This document shows, one piece after another, positions 12,708 through 27,000 of a DNA stretch of 64,000 bases. The stretch's first letter is position 1. The number at the start of each line of letters is the position of its first letter. The position numbers and the translations under genes are program-made. Source of the DNA: Eledone cirrhosa (Eukaryota); the NCBI GenBank assembly GCA_964016885.1, contig CAXHJY010000109.1:124001-188000 (forward strand). Direction: 5' to 3'. The notes under the pieces were generated by a model. The model saw nothing but the letters and a program-made list of their open reading frames with translations. It was not told the DNA's origin and did no database searches.

Positions 12708-13023
12708 CACACACACACAATCTTAGGGGCTCCCTCAGGGCATACGGTGTTTCTAGCCTAACAGAGTCCTCCTCCTCTCCAGATCTGAATATAGCATATG
12801 TCTTCCAGAGAAGGGTAAAGAAAGTGCAGCTGGGGTTGCACTTGCCCTTCTCACCAGACACTGGTCTGGGGGGGGGGGTAGTTTAGTCCCCTGACCACTC
12901 AGCCATGAAGCAGGTGATACTGGGTTACATGTTACCAGCAGCAGGCCTCACCTGACCATAACATACACCAAGTATTCAGCACAAGCATAGTTTTAAAAAA
13001 GAAGTTATATAATATTTACTTAA

Positions 13024-13135
13024 CTAATAGATTTCTTTATTTGCCACAAGGGCGCACAAGACAAAGACATATGGCGGGGATTTTACATACAGTCGTGTAA
13101 AAAAGGTTTTAAAATTAAAATATAATTTACTTAAC
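13024..13135 (-). mobile_element. L1/Tx1-like LINE 3' terminus
   Basis: Minus strand TATGTAAAATCCCCGCC..GCGCCCTTGTGGCAAATAAAGAAA, shared with 28860-28930. Confidence 0.55.
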
Positions 13136-13136
13136 T

Positions 13137-13862
13137 GGTGTGGTGTGGTGTGGTGTGGTGTGGTGTGGTGTGGTGTGGTGTGGTGTGGTGTGGTGTGGTG
13201 TGGTGTGGTGTGGTGTGGTGTGGTGTGGTGTGGTGTGGTGTGGTGTTGTGTTGTGTTGTGTTGTGTTGTGTTGTGTTGTGTTGTGGTGTGGTGTGGTGTG
13301 GTGTGGTGTGGTGTGGTGTGGTGTGGTGTGGTGTGGTGTGGTGTGGTGTGGTGTGGTGTGGTGTGGTGTGGTGAGGGGTGGTGTGGTGTGGTGTGGTGTG
13401 GAGTGGGGTGATGTGGTGTGGTGTGGTGTGGTGAGGGGTGGTGTGGTGTGGTGTGGTGTGGTGTGGTGTGGTGTGGTGTGGTGTGGTGTCGTATGGTGTG
13501 TGTTGTATGGTACGGTAAGTATGGTACGGTATGGTGTGGTATGGTGTGGTATGGTATGGTATTATTCAGTACGGTATGGTATGGTGTGGTGTGGTATGGT
13601 ATAGTGTGGTACGGTGTGGTATAACATGGTATGGTATAGTGTGGTACGGTCTGGTATAGCATGGTATGGTATAGTATAGTATGGTATGGTCCGGTATGAT
13701 ATATGGTATAGTATAGTATGGTATGGTACGGTATGATATGATATGATATGGTATGGTATATGGTATGATATCGTATGATATCGTATGGTACGGTATGGTA
13801 TAGTATGGTATGGTATGGTGTAGTATGGTGTGGTATGGGACAGTACGGTATGGTATGGTATG
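13137..13862. repeat. (GGTGT)n/(GTTGT)n/(GGTAT)n pentanucleotide array
   Basis: Directly visible. Confidence 0.95.
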
Positions 13863-14989
13863 GACCAGTAACTCCTGAGGAGTCGTAGGGGCGCCATATT
13901 GTCATACGGCGTTTCTAGTGCCTTTTTAAACATGGCGGAGCCCTTCTCCACTCCAGACTTGAATACATCAGATTTCTTCCAGAGAAGGATAGACAGAGAA
14001 TGAAAAGAAGGAAGTGAGAAAGAGTTATAGAGGAAGAATAGACCCCAGTATATGATTGGTACATTATTTTATTGGCCACAGAACGATGAGAGACTAAGTT
14101 GACCTCGGTCGGATTTGAACACAGAAAATAAAGAGCTAAAACATATACACACATTCAATTTACACCATGTTAAAACTATTCAACCGTTCGTCCTATCTGC
14201 CCCGTTATCTCCCACCTCGTAAACACTGAATGACAATGGAAAAAATAGAGATTATGAAGAAAAGGGGGGAAAGCAGAGAATCTTCCCCCCTCCTGGTTTA
14301 TGTTTTTTTTACAAGAAACGATCTTTTCGCACGCCATATTATCTTCTTATCTCGTTAACTTAATGCGTTAATTTTTTCTCCTTATTCAACATATTTCTAT
14401 ATTTCCTGTCAGTGACGATTCTTTTATTGTTGTTGCTGTTTATTTTCTCTCAACTTTCATTTTATTTTCCTTCATTTTCAACTCATCTTTTATAACCAGT
14501 ACTCCGCCATTATATTTTTTTTCCTCCATTATTTGTAAGTTCAAATACAAAAGAAAATATATATCTTGGGTGATTATACACCCTTGTGTACGATATATGT
14601 ACTTCAACAGGCACATGCACATATTTATGTATGTATACATGCATATATCTGAATGTTAGAATATATAAATGTATGTATGTATGTATGTATGTATGTATGT
14701 ATGTATGTATGTATGTATGTATGCATGTATGTATGTATGTATGTGTACATGTGAATGTTTGAGTATACATATATATTTATGTATGTACACATGAATATAT
14801 GTGTATGTTTGAGTGTGTGTAGATATATATATATATGAAACGTATGTATATTCCCAATTGGATTTTGCAATTCCCTTTTATCTGCTCCTGTTTGTACATC
14901 GTTCGCGCTTGATTTTAATATTGTATATAAATAGATAAATCTGTAATAAAGATGGAAAATACAAAACGTCAAACATACACACATACCTA

Positions 14990-15075
14990 TATATATATAG
15001 GTATATATATGTGTGTGTGTATTTGTGTATGTATATTTATATATATATATATATGTGTGCGTGTATTTGTGTGTA

Positions 15076-15118
<43 letters not shown>

Positions 15119-15461
15119 ATATGTGTGTGTATTTGTGTGTGTATATTTATATATATATATATGTGTTTGTATTTGTGTGTGTATATTTATATATATATGT
15201 GTGTGTGTGTGTATTTGTGTGTGTATATTTATATATATATATATGTGTGTGTATATTTATATATATATATATATGTGTGTGTGTATTTGTGTGTCTATAT
15301 TTATATATATATATATATGTATGTGGGTGTGTATTTGTGTGTGTATATTTATATATATATATATGTGTGTGTGTATTTGTGTTTCTATATTTATATATAT
15401 ATATATATATATGTGTGTGTATTTGTGTGTATATCTATATATATATATATGTGTGTATATT

Positions 15462-15520
<59 letters not shown>

Positions 15521-15545
15521 CTGTCTCTCTGCGTTTGTGTGTATG
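14990..15545. repeat. compound (TA)n/(TG)n minisatellite
   Basis: Recurring GTGTATTTGTGTGTATATTTATATAT.. unit. Confidence 0.9.
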
Positions 15546-15759
15546 TGAGAGAGAGACAGAGAGGCAGAGAGAGCGAGATTAGCGAGTTAAGAATCACAAT
15601 TTCCCCGGTTGTGTTATCAATATAACGAAGAAGATATGGAATATTTAGATTCATTTCACAAATATATGAAAGAAGATTCTTATTTTTTTCTAAGACACAT
15701 CGTTGTTGTTTGTCGTTGTTGTTGTTGTTGTTGTGGATATGTGAAAGAAGAACAACTGA

Positions 15760-17070
15760 GGAGAAGAAGGAGGAGGAAGAAGAAGACAAAAGAATAAGAA
15801 GAAAAAAGAAGAGGAGGAAGAAGAAGAATAAGAAGAAAAAAGAGAAGAAGCAGAAGCAGAAAAAAGAGGAAGGAGGAGAAGAAAAAAGAATAAGAAAAAA
15901 GAGGAAGAAGAAGAAGAATAAGAAGAAAAAAGAGGAGAAGAAGCAGAAGCAGAAAAAAGAGGAAGGAGGAGAAGAAAAAAGAACAAGAAGAAAAAGAGGA
16001 GGAAGAAGAAGAATAAGAAGAAAAAAGAGGAGAAGAAGCAGAAACAGAAAAAAGAGGAAGGAGGAGAAGAAAGAATAAAAAAAAAGAGGGGGAAGAAGAA
16101 GAAGAAGAAAAAAGAGGAGAAGAAGCAGAAGCAGAAAAAAGAGGAAGGAGGAGAAGAAAAAAGAATAAGAAGAAAAAAGAGGAGGAAGAAGAAGAAGAAG
16201 AAGGAAAAAGAGAAGAAGCAGAAGCAGAAAAAAGAGGAAGGAGGATAAGAAAAAAGAATAAGAAGAAAAAAGAGGAGGAAGAAGATGAAGAAGAAGAAGA
16301 AAAAAGAGGAGAAGAAGCAGAAGCAGAAAAAAGAGGAAGAAGAAGAAAAAAGAATAAGAAGAAAAAAGAGGAAGAAGAAGAAGAAAAAAGAGAAGAAGCA
16401 GAAGCAGAAATAAGAGAAGAAGCAGAAGCAGAAAAAAGAGAAGAAGAAGCAGAAGCAGAAAAAAGAGGAAGGAGGAGAAGAAAAAAGAATAAGAAGAAAA
16501 AAAAGAAGAAGAAGAAGAAGAAAAAGAAGAAGAAGAAGAAGAAGAAAAAGAGGAGGAAGAAGAAGAAGAAGAAAAAAAAAGAGGAGAAGAAGCAGAAGCA
16601 GAAAAAAGAGGAAGGAGGAGAAGAAAATAGAATAAGAAGAAAACAAGAGGAAGGAGGAGAAGAAAAAAGAAGAAGAAAAAAAAAAGAAGAAGAAGAAGAA
16701 GAAGAAGAAGAAGAAGAAGAAAAAAGAGGAAGAAGAAGAAGAATAAGAAGAAAAAAGAGGAGGAAGAAGAAGAAGAAGAAGAAAAAAGAGGAGAAGAAGC
16801 AGAAGCAGAAAAAAGAGGAAGGAGGAGAAGAAAAAAGAATAAGAAGAAAAAAGAGGAAGAAGAAGAAGAATAAGAAGAAAAAAGAGAAGAAGCAGAAGCA
16901 GAAAAAAGAGAAGCAGAAGCAGAAAAAAGAGGAAGGAGGAGAAGAAAAAAGAATAAGAAGAAAGAGGAAAAAGAATAAGAAAAAAGAGGAAAAAGAAGCA
17001 GAAAAAAGAAACAGAAGGAAGAGAGGAAGAAAATCTGGAAGAAAAAAGAAGTGGAACAGAAAAGAAAAAA
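15760..17070. repeat. ~1.3-kb purine-rich GAA/GGA tract with ~65-bp recurring sub-unit
   Basis: AAGAAGAAAAAAGAGGAGAAGAAGCAGAAGCAGAAAAAAGAGGAAGGAGGAGAAGAAAAAAGAAT recurs. Confidence 0.9.
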
Positions 17071-17116
17071 ATATCATCCTCCCCTCTCCGTCGCCATTTT
17101 TATATATTTGTTGTAA

Positions 17117-19315
17117 CATAGTTATACTACTACACCACCACCATAGTTATACTACTACACCACCACCATAGTTATACTACTACACCACCACCACCACCAC
17201 CACCATAGTTATACTACTACACCACCACCACCACCACCATAGTTATACTACAACACCACCACCACCACCTTAGTTATACTACAACACCACCACCACCATA
17301 GTTATACTACAACACCACCACCACCATAGTTATACTACTACACCACCACCACCACCTTAGTTATACTGCAACACCACCACCACCATAGTTATACTACTAC
17401 GCCACCACCACCATAGTTATACTACTACACCACCACCACCATAGTTATACTACACCACCACCACCACCATAGTTATACTACACCACCACCACCACCATAG
17501 TTATACTACACCACCACCACAACCATAGTTATACTATTACACCACCACCACCACCACCATAGTTATACTACTACACCACCACCACCATAGTTATACTACT
17601 ACACCACCACCACCACCATAGTTATACTACTACACCACCACCACCACCACCATAGTTATACTACTACACCACCACCACCATAGTTATACTACTACACCAC
17701 CACCACCACCACCATAGTTATACTACTACACCACCACCACCATAGTTATACTACTACACCACCACCACCATAGTTATACTACTACACCACCACCACCACC
17801 ATAGTTATACTACTACACCACCACCACCACCATAGTTATACTACTACACCACCACCACCTTAGTTATACTACTACACCACCACCACCATAGTTATACTAC
17901 TACACCACCACCACCATAGTTATACTACTACACCACCACCACCATAGTTATACTACTACACCACCACCACCACCATAGTTATACTACTACACCACCACCA
18001 CCATAGTTATACTACTACACCACCACCACCATAGTTATACTACTACACCACCACCACCATAGTTATACTACACCACCACCACCACCATAGTTATACTACT
18101 ACACCACCACCACCACCATAGTTATACTACTACACCACCACCACCATAGTTAAACTACACCACCACCACCACCATAGTTATACTACACCACCACCATAGT
18201 TATACTACTACACCACCACCACCATAGTTATACTACTACACCACCACCACCACCACCATAGTTATACTACACCACCACCACCACCACCATAGTTATACTA
18301 CTACACCACCTCCATAGTTATACTACTACACCACCACCACCATAGTTATACTACTACACCACCACCACCACCACCACCATAGTTATACTACAACACCACC
18401 ACCATAGTTATACTACTACACCACCACCACCATAGTTATACTACACCACCACCACCATAGTTATACTACTACACCACCACCACCATAGTTATACTACTAC
18501 ACCACCACCACCATAGTTATACTACACCACCACCACCATAGTTATACTACTACACCACCACCACCACCATAGTTATACTACACCACCACCACCACCATAG
18601 TTATACTACTACACCACCACCATAGTTATACTACACCACCACCACCACCACCTTAGTTATACTACAACACCACCACCACCACCATAGTTATACTACTACA
18701 CCACCACCACCATAGTTATACTACTACACCACCACCACCATAGTTATACTACTACACCACCACCACCATAGTTATACTACAACACCACCACCACCATAGT
18801 TATACTACAACACCACCACCACCAGTTATACTACTACACCACCACCATAGTTATACTACAACACCACCACCACCATAGTTATACTACTACACCACCACCA
18901 CCACCATAGTTATACTACTACACCACCACCACCATAGTTATACTACTACACCACCACCACCATAGTTATACTACTACACCACCACCACCACCATAGTTAT
19001 ACTACTACACCACCACCACCATAGTTATACTACTACACCACCATCACCACCATAGTTATACTACTACACCACCACCACCACCATAGTTATACTACTACAC
19101 CACCACCACCATAGTTATACTACAACACCACCACCATAGTTATACTACTACACCACCACCACCATAGTTATACTACTACACCACCATAGTTATACTACTA
19201 CACCACCACCACCATAGTTATACTACACCACCACCACCATAGTTATACTACACCACCACCACCACCATAGTTATACAACTACACCACCACCACCACCACC
19301 ATAGTTATAATACTA
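17117..19315. repeat. variable-length ~22-37-bp minisatellite CATAGTTATAC(TAC)n(ACC)n, roughly 75 copies
   Basis: Near-constant CATAGTTATAC anchor with variable triplet runs. Confidence 0.95.
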
Positions 19316-19326
19316 CCCTTAACTAA

Positions 19327-19420
19327 TAATTGTTTCTACTTTTGGCACAAGGCCAGCAATGACTCCAGTGTATTACTGGTACTTTATTTTATCGACCCCA
19401 TAAGGATGAAAGGCATTAAC
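19327..19420 (-). mobile_element. SINE family A 3' part
   Basis: AATTGTTTCTACTTTTGGCACAAGGCCAGC..GGATGAAAGGC. Confidence 0.8.
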
Positions 19421-19449
19421 TAATAATGCTGTTGATATTGTTGTTGATA

Positions 19450-20960
19450 ATGAGTGATGGTGGTGATGGTGGTGATGGTGGTGGTGGTGGTGGTGGTGGT
19501 GGTGATGATTGTGGTGATGATGATGGTGGTGATGATGGTGATGGTGATGGTGATGATGGTGGTGATGATGGTGGTGATGATTGTGGTGATGATGGTGGTG
19601 GTGATGGTGGTGGTGATGATGATGATGGTGATGATGGTGGTGGTGGTGATGATGAAGGTGGTGGTGATGATGGTGGTGGTGATGGTGATGATGGTGGTGA
19701 TGATGGTGGTGGTCGTGATGGTGATCGTGGTGGTGGTGATGATGGTGGTGGTGATGATGGTGGTGGTGGTGATGGTGGTGATGATGATGGTGGTGGTGAT
19801 GGTGGTGATGATGCTGATGATGGTGGTGGTGGTGATGATGGTGATGATGATGGTGGTGATGATGGTGGTGATGATGGTGGTGGTGGTGATGGTGATGATG
19901 GTGATGGTGATGATGGTGGTGATGGTGATGATGGTGGTGATGGTGGTGATGATGGTGGTGATGATGGTGGTGATAGTGGTGGTGGTGATCGTGATGGTGG
20001 TCATGGTGATGGTGATAGTGGTGGTGGTCATGGTGGTGATGGTGGTGGTGGTGATGGTGGTGATGATGGTGGTGATGGTGGTGATGGTGGTGGTGGTGAT
20101 GGTGGTGATGGTGGTGGTGGTGATGGTGGTGATGATGATGGTGGTGATGGTGGTGATGGTGGTGGTGGTGGTGATGATGGTCTGTAATATAGTGAGAGAC
20201 GACTCGTAGAAGAAATATGATAATTAAAAATGTGCGTGTCTCGGTATTGTTAATAGCATGGCAGAGTTACCACATCACACCACACTACCACACCACACCA
20301 CATTACCACACCACACTACCACACTACACTACCACACTACCACCACCACACTACGACACTACCACACTACACTACCACACCACACTCCCACACTACACAG
20401 CCACATCACACTACCACACCACACTACCACCAACACACTACCACACACAGCCATACCACACTACCACACACAGCCACACCACACTGCCACACCACACTAC
20501 CACCACCACACTACCACACACAGCCATACCACACTACCACACCACACCACACCACCACACCACACTACACTACCACACTACCACCACCACACTACCACAC
20601 AGCCACACCACACTACCACACACAGCCATACCACACTACCACACACAGCCACACCACACTACCACACACAGCCACACCACACTACCACACACAGCCACAC
20701 CACACTACCACACCACACTACCACCACCACACTACCACACCACACTACCACCACCACCACACTACCACCACACCACACTACCATACAGCTACACTACCAC
20801 ACTACACGGCCACACCAACACTATCACACAGCCACACTATCACACAGCCACACTACCACACCACACACAGCCACACTACCACACACACACACTGTCAAAC
20901 ATAAACACACACAACGACACACGATCGCGTACGTACACACACACACGCACACACACACAC
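19450..20960. repeat. (GAT/GGT)n tract followed by (CCACA/CTACCACA)n tract
   Basis: Directly visible. Confidence 0.9.
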
Positions 20961-21016
20961 ACATCGCCCAAATATCGAAACCGAGATGAAAGAATCAGAT
21001 TTTAGAAAATTCCCTC

Positions 21017-24000
21017 TGGCTAATCAAGAAACATATCTATCTGTCTTACCCTTCTTTTGTGCCCCTGTGGCTAATCAAGAAACATATCTGTCTTACCCTA
21101 CCTTTTGTGCCCCTGTGGCTAATCAAGAAACATATCTATCTGTCTTACCCTTCCTTTTGTGCCCCTGTGGCTAATCAAGAAACATATCTATCTGTCTTAC
21201 CCTTCCTTTTGTGCTCCTGTGGCTAATCAAGAAACATATCTATCTGTCTTACCCTTCTTTTGTGCCCCTGTGGCTAATCAAGAAACATATCTGTCTGTCT
21301 TACCCTTCTTTTGTGCCCCTGTGGCTAATCAAGAAACATATCTATCAGTCTTACCCTTCTTTTGTGCCCCTGTGGCTAATCAAGAAACATATCTATCTGT
21401 CTTACCCTTCTTTTGTGTCCCTGTGGCTAATCAAGAAACATATCTATCTGTCTTACCCTTCTTTTGTGTCCCTGTGGCTAATCAAGAAACATATATATCT
21501 GTCTTACCCTTCTTTTGTGCCCCTGTGGCTAATCAAGAAACATATCTATCTGTCTTACCCTTCTTTTGTGCCCCTGTGGCTAATCAAGAAACATATCTAT
21601 CTGTCTTACCCTTCTTTTGTGCCCCTGTGGCTAATCAAGAAACATATCTATCTGTCTTACCCTTCTTTTGTGCCCCTGTGGCTAATCAAGAAACATATCT
21701 ATCTGTCTTACCCTTCTTTTGTGCCCCTGTGGCTAATCAAGAAACATATCTATCTGTCTTACCCTTCTTTTGTGCCCCTGTGGCTAATCAAGAAACATAT
21801 CTATCTGTCTTACCCTTCTTTTGTGCCCCTGTGGCTAATCAAGAAACATATCTATCTGTCTTACCCTTCTTTTGTGCCCCTGTGGCTAATCAAGAAACAT
21901 ATCTATCTGTCTTACCCTTCTTTTGTTCCCCTGTGGCTAATCAAGAAACATATCTATCTGTCTTACCCTTCTTTTGTGCCCCTGTGGCTAATCAAGAAAC
22001 ATATCTATCTGTCTTACCCTTCTTTTGTGCCCCTGTGGCTAATCAAGAAACATATCTATCTGTCTTACCCTTCTTTTGTGCCCCTGTGGCTAATCAAGAA
22101 ACATATCTATCTGTCTTACCCTTCTTTTGTGCCCCTGTGGCTAATCAAGAAACATATCTATCTGTCTTACCCTTCTTTTGTGCCCCTTAGGCTAATCAAG
22201 AAACATATCTATCTGTTTACCCTTCTTTTGTGCCCCTGTGGCTAATCAAGAAACATATCTATCTGTCTTACCCTTCTTTTGTGGCCCTGTGGCTAATCAA
22301 GAAACATATCTATCTGTCTTACCCTTCTTTTGTGCCCCTGTGGCTAATCAAGAAACATATCTATCTGTCTTACCCTTCTTTTGTGCCCCTGTGGCTAATC
22401 AAGAAACATATCTATCTGTCTTACCCTTCTTTTGTGCCCCTGTGGCTAATCAAGAAACATATCTATCTGTCTTACCCTTTTTTGTGTCCCTGTGGCTAAT
22501 CAAGAAAGATATCTATCTGTCTTACCCTTCTTTTGTGCCCCTGTGGCTAATCAAGAAACATATCTATCTGTCTTACCCTTCTTTTGTGCCCCTGTGGCTA
22601 ATCAAGAAACATATCTATCTGTCTTACCCTTCTTTTGTGCCCCTGTGGCTAATCAAGAAACATATCTATCTGTCTTACCCTTCTTTTGTGCCCCTGTGGC
22701 TAATCAAGAAACATATCTATCTGTCTTACCCTTCTTTTGTGTCTCTGTGGCTAATCAAGAAACATATCTATCTGTCTTACCCTTCTTTTGTGCCCCTTAG
22801 GCTAATCAAGAAACATATCTATCTGTCTTACCCTTCTTTTGTGCCCCTGTGGCTAATCAAGAAACATATCTATCTGTCTTACCCTTCTTTTGTGCCCCTG
22901 TGGCTAATCAAGAAACATATCTATCTGTCTACACTTCTTTTGTACCCCTGTGGCTAATCAAGAAACATATCTATCTGTCTTACCCTTCTTTTGTGCCCCT
23001 GTGGCTAATCAAGAAACATATCTATCTGTCTTACCCTTCTTTTGTGCCCCTGTGGCTAATCAAGAAACATATCTATCTGTCTACCCTTCTTTTGTGCCCC
23101 TGTGGCTAATCAAGAAACAAATCTATCTGTCTTACCCTTCTTTTGTGCCCCTGTGGCTAATCAAGAAACATATCTATCTGTCTTACCCTTCTTTTGTGCC
23201 CCTGTGGCTAATCAAGAAACATATCTATCTGTCTTACCCTTCTTTTGTGCCCCTGTGGCTAATCAAGAAACATATCTATCTGTCTACACTTCTTTTGTAC
23301 CCCTGTGGCTAATCAAGAAACATATCTATCTGTCTTACCCTTCTTTTGTGCCCCTGTGGCTAATCAAGAAACATATCTATCTGTCTTACCCTTCTTTTGT
23401 GCCCCTGTGGCTAATCAAGAAACATATCTATCTGTCTACCCTTCTTTTGTGCCCCTGTGGCTAATCAAGAAACATATCTATCTGTCTTACCCTTCTTTTG
23501 TGCCCCTGTGGCTAATCAAGAAACATATCTATCTGTCTTACCCTTCTTTTGTGCCCCTGTGGCTAATCAAGAAACATATCTATCTGTCTTACCCTTCTTT
23601 TGTGCCCCTGTGGCTAATCAAGAAACATATCTATCTGTCTACCCTTCTTTTGTACCCCTGTGGCTAATCAAGAAACATATCTATCTGTCTTACCCTTCTT
23701 TTGTGCCCCTGTGGCTAATCAAGAAACATATCTATCTGTCTTACCCTTCTTTTGTGCCCCTGTGGCTAATCAAGAAACATATCTATCTGTCTACCCTTCT
23801 TTTGTACCCCTGTGGCTAATCAAGAAACATATCTATCTGTCTACCCTTATTTTGTGCCCCTGTGTCTAATCAAGAAACATATCTATCTGTCTACCCTTCT
23901 TTTGTGCCCCTGTGGCTAATCAAGAAACATATCTATCTGTCTTACCCTTCTCTTGTACCCCTGTGGCTAATCAAGAAACATATCTATCTGTCTTACCCTT

Positions 24001-27000
24001 CTTTTGTGCTCCTGTGGCTAATCAAGAAACATATCTGTCTGTCTTACCCTTCTTTTGTGCCCCTGTGGCTAATCAAGAAACATATCTATCTGTCTTACCC
24101 TTCTTTTGTGCTCCTGTGGCTAATCAAGAAACATATCTATCTGTCTTACCCTTCTTTTGTGCCCCTGTGGCTAATCAAGAAACATATCTATCTGTCTTAC
24201 CCTTCTTTTGTGCCCCTGTGGCTAATCAAGAAACATATCTATCTGTCTACCCTTCTTTTGTACCCCTGTGGCTAATCAAGAAACATATCTATCTGTCTTA
24301 CCCTTCTTTTGTGCCCCTGTGGCTAATCAAGAAACATATCTATCTGTCTTACCCTTCTTTTGTGCCCCTGTGGCTAATCAAGAAACATATCTATCTGTCT
24401 ACCCTTCTTTTGTGCCCCTGTGGCTAATCAAGAAACATATCTATCTGTCTTACCCTTCTTTTGTGCCCCTGTGGCTAATCAAGAAACATATCTATCTGTC
24501 TTACCCTTCTTTTGTGCCCCTGTGGCTAATCAAGAAACATATCTATCTGTCTTACCCTTCTTTTGTGCCCCTGTGGCTAATCAAGAAACATATCTATCTG
24601 TCTACCCTTCTTTTGTACCCCTGTGGCTAATCAAGAAACATATCTATCTGTCTTACCCTTCTTTTGTGCCCCTGTGGCTAATCAAGAAACATATCTATCT
24701 GTCTTACCCTTCTTTTGTGCCCCTGTGGCTAATCAAGAAACATATCTATCTGTCTACCCTTCTTTTGTACCCCTGTGGCTAATCAAGAAACATATCTATC
24801 TGTCTACCCTTATTTTGTGCCCCTGTGTCTAATCAAGAAACATATCTATCTGTCTACCCTTCTTTTGTGCCCCTGTGGCTAATCAAGAAACATATCTATC
24901 TGTCTTACCCTTCTTTTGTACCCCTGTGGCTAATCAAGAAACATATCTATCTGTCTTACCCTTCTTTTGTGCTCCTGTGGCTAATCAAGAAACATATCTG
25001 TCTGTCTTACCCTTCTTTTGTGCCCCTGTGGCTAATCAAGAAACATATCTATCTGTCTTACCCTTCTTTTGTGCCCCTGTGGCTAATCAAGAAACATATC
25101 TATCTGTCTTACCCTTCTTTTGTGCTCCTGTGGCTAATCAAGAAACATATCTATCCATCTTACCCTTCTTTTGTGCCCCTGTGGCTAATCAAGAAACATA
25201 TCTATCTGTCTTACCCTTCTTTTCTGCCCCTGTGGCTAATCAAGAAACATATCTATCTGTCTTACCCTTCTTTTGTGCCCCTGTGGCTAATAAAGAAACA
25301 TATCTATCTGTCTTACCCTTCTTTTGTGCCCCTGTGGCTAATCAAGAAACATATCTATCTGTCTACCCTTCTTTTGTGCCCCTGTGGCTAATCAAGAAAC
25401 ATATCTATCTGTCTACCCTTCTTTTGTGCCCCTGTGGCTAATCAAGAAACATATCTACCTGTCTACCCTTCTTTTGTGCCCCTGTGGCTAATCAAGAAAC
25501 ATATCTACCTGTCTACCCTTCTTTTGTGCCCCTGTGGCTAATCAAGAAACATATCTATCTGTCTACCCTTCTTTTGTGCCGCTGTGGCTAATAAAGAAAC
25601 ATATCTATCTGTCTACCCTTCTTTTGTGCCCCTGTGGCTAATAAAGAAACATATCTATCTGTCTACCCTTCTTTTGTGCCCCTGTGGCTAATAAAGAAAC
25701 ATATCTATCTGTCTACCCTTCTTTTGTGCCCCTGTGGCTAATCAAGAAACATATCTATCTGTCTACCCTTCTGTTGTGCCCCTGTGGCTAATCAAGAAAC
25801 ATATCTATCTGTCTACCCTTCTTTTGTGCCTCTGTGTCTAATCAAAAAACATATCTATCTGTCTACCCTTCTTTTGTACCCCTGTGGCTAATCAAGAAAC
25901 ATATCTATCTGTCTTACCCTTCTTTTGTGCCCCTGTGGCTAATCAAGAAACATATCTATCTGTCTACCCTTCTTTTGTGCCTCTGTGGCTAATAAAGAAA
26001 CATATATATCTGTCTTACCCTTCTTTTGTGCCCCTGTGGCTAATAAAGAAACATATCTATCTGTCTTACCCTTCTTTTGTGCCCCTGTGGCTAATCAAGA
26101 AACATATCTATCTGTCTTACCCTTCTTTTGTGCCCCTGTGGCTAATCAAGAAACATATCTATCTGTCTACCCTTCTTTTGTACCCCTGTGGCTAATCAAG
26201 AAACATATCTATCTGTCTTACCCTTCTTTTGTGCCCCTGTGGCTAATCAAGAAACATATCTATCTGTCTACCCTTCTTTTGTGCCCCTGTGGCTAATCAA
26301 GAAACATATCTATCTGTCTACCCTTCTTTTGTGCCCCTGTGGCTAATAAAGAAACATATCTATCTGTCTACCCTCCTTTTGTGCCCCTGTGGCTAATAAA
26401 GAAACATATCTATCTGTCTACCCTTCTTTTGTGCCCCTGTGGCTAATCAAGAAACATATCTGTCTGTCTACTCTTCTTTTGTGCCTCTGTGGCTAATAAA
26501 GAAACATATATATCTGTCTTACCCTTCTTTTGTGCCCCTGTGGCTAATCAAGAAACATATCTATCTGTCTTACCCTTCTTTTGTGCCCCTGTGGCTAATC
26601 AAGAAACATATCTATCTGTCTTACCCTTCTTTTGTGCCCCTGTGGCTAATCAAGAAACATATCTATCTGTCTACCCTTCTTTTGTGCCCCTGTGGCTAAT
26701 CAAGAAACATATATATCTGTCTTACCCTTCTTTTGTGCCCCTGTGGCTAATCAAGAAACATATCTATCTGTCTACTCTTCTTTTGTGCCCCTGTGGCTAA
26801 TCAAGAAACATATCTGTCTGTCTTACCCTTCTTTTGTGCCCCTGTGGCTAATCAAGAAACATATCTGTCTGTCTTACCCTTCTTTTGTGCCCCTGTGGCT
26901 AATCAAGAAACATATCTGTCTTACCCTTCTTTTGTGCCCCTGTGGCTAATAAAGAAACATATTTATCTGTCTACCCTTCTTTTGTGCCCCTGTGGCTAAT

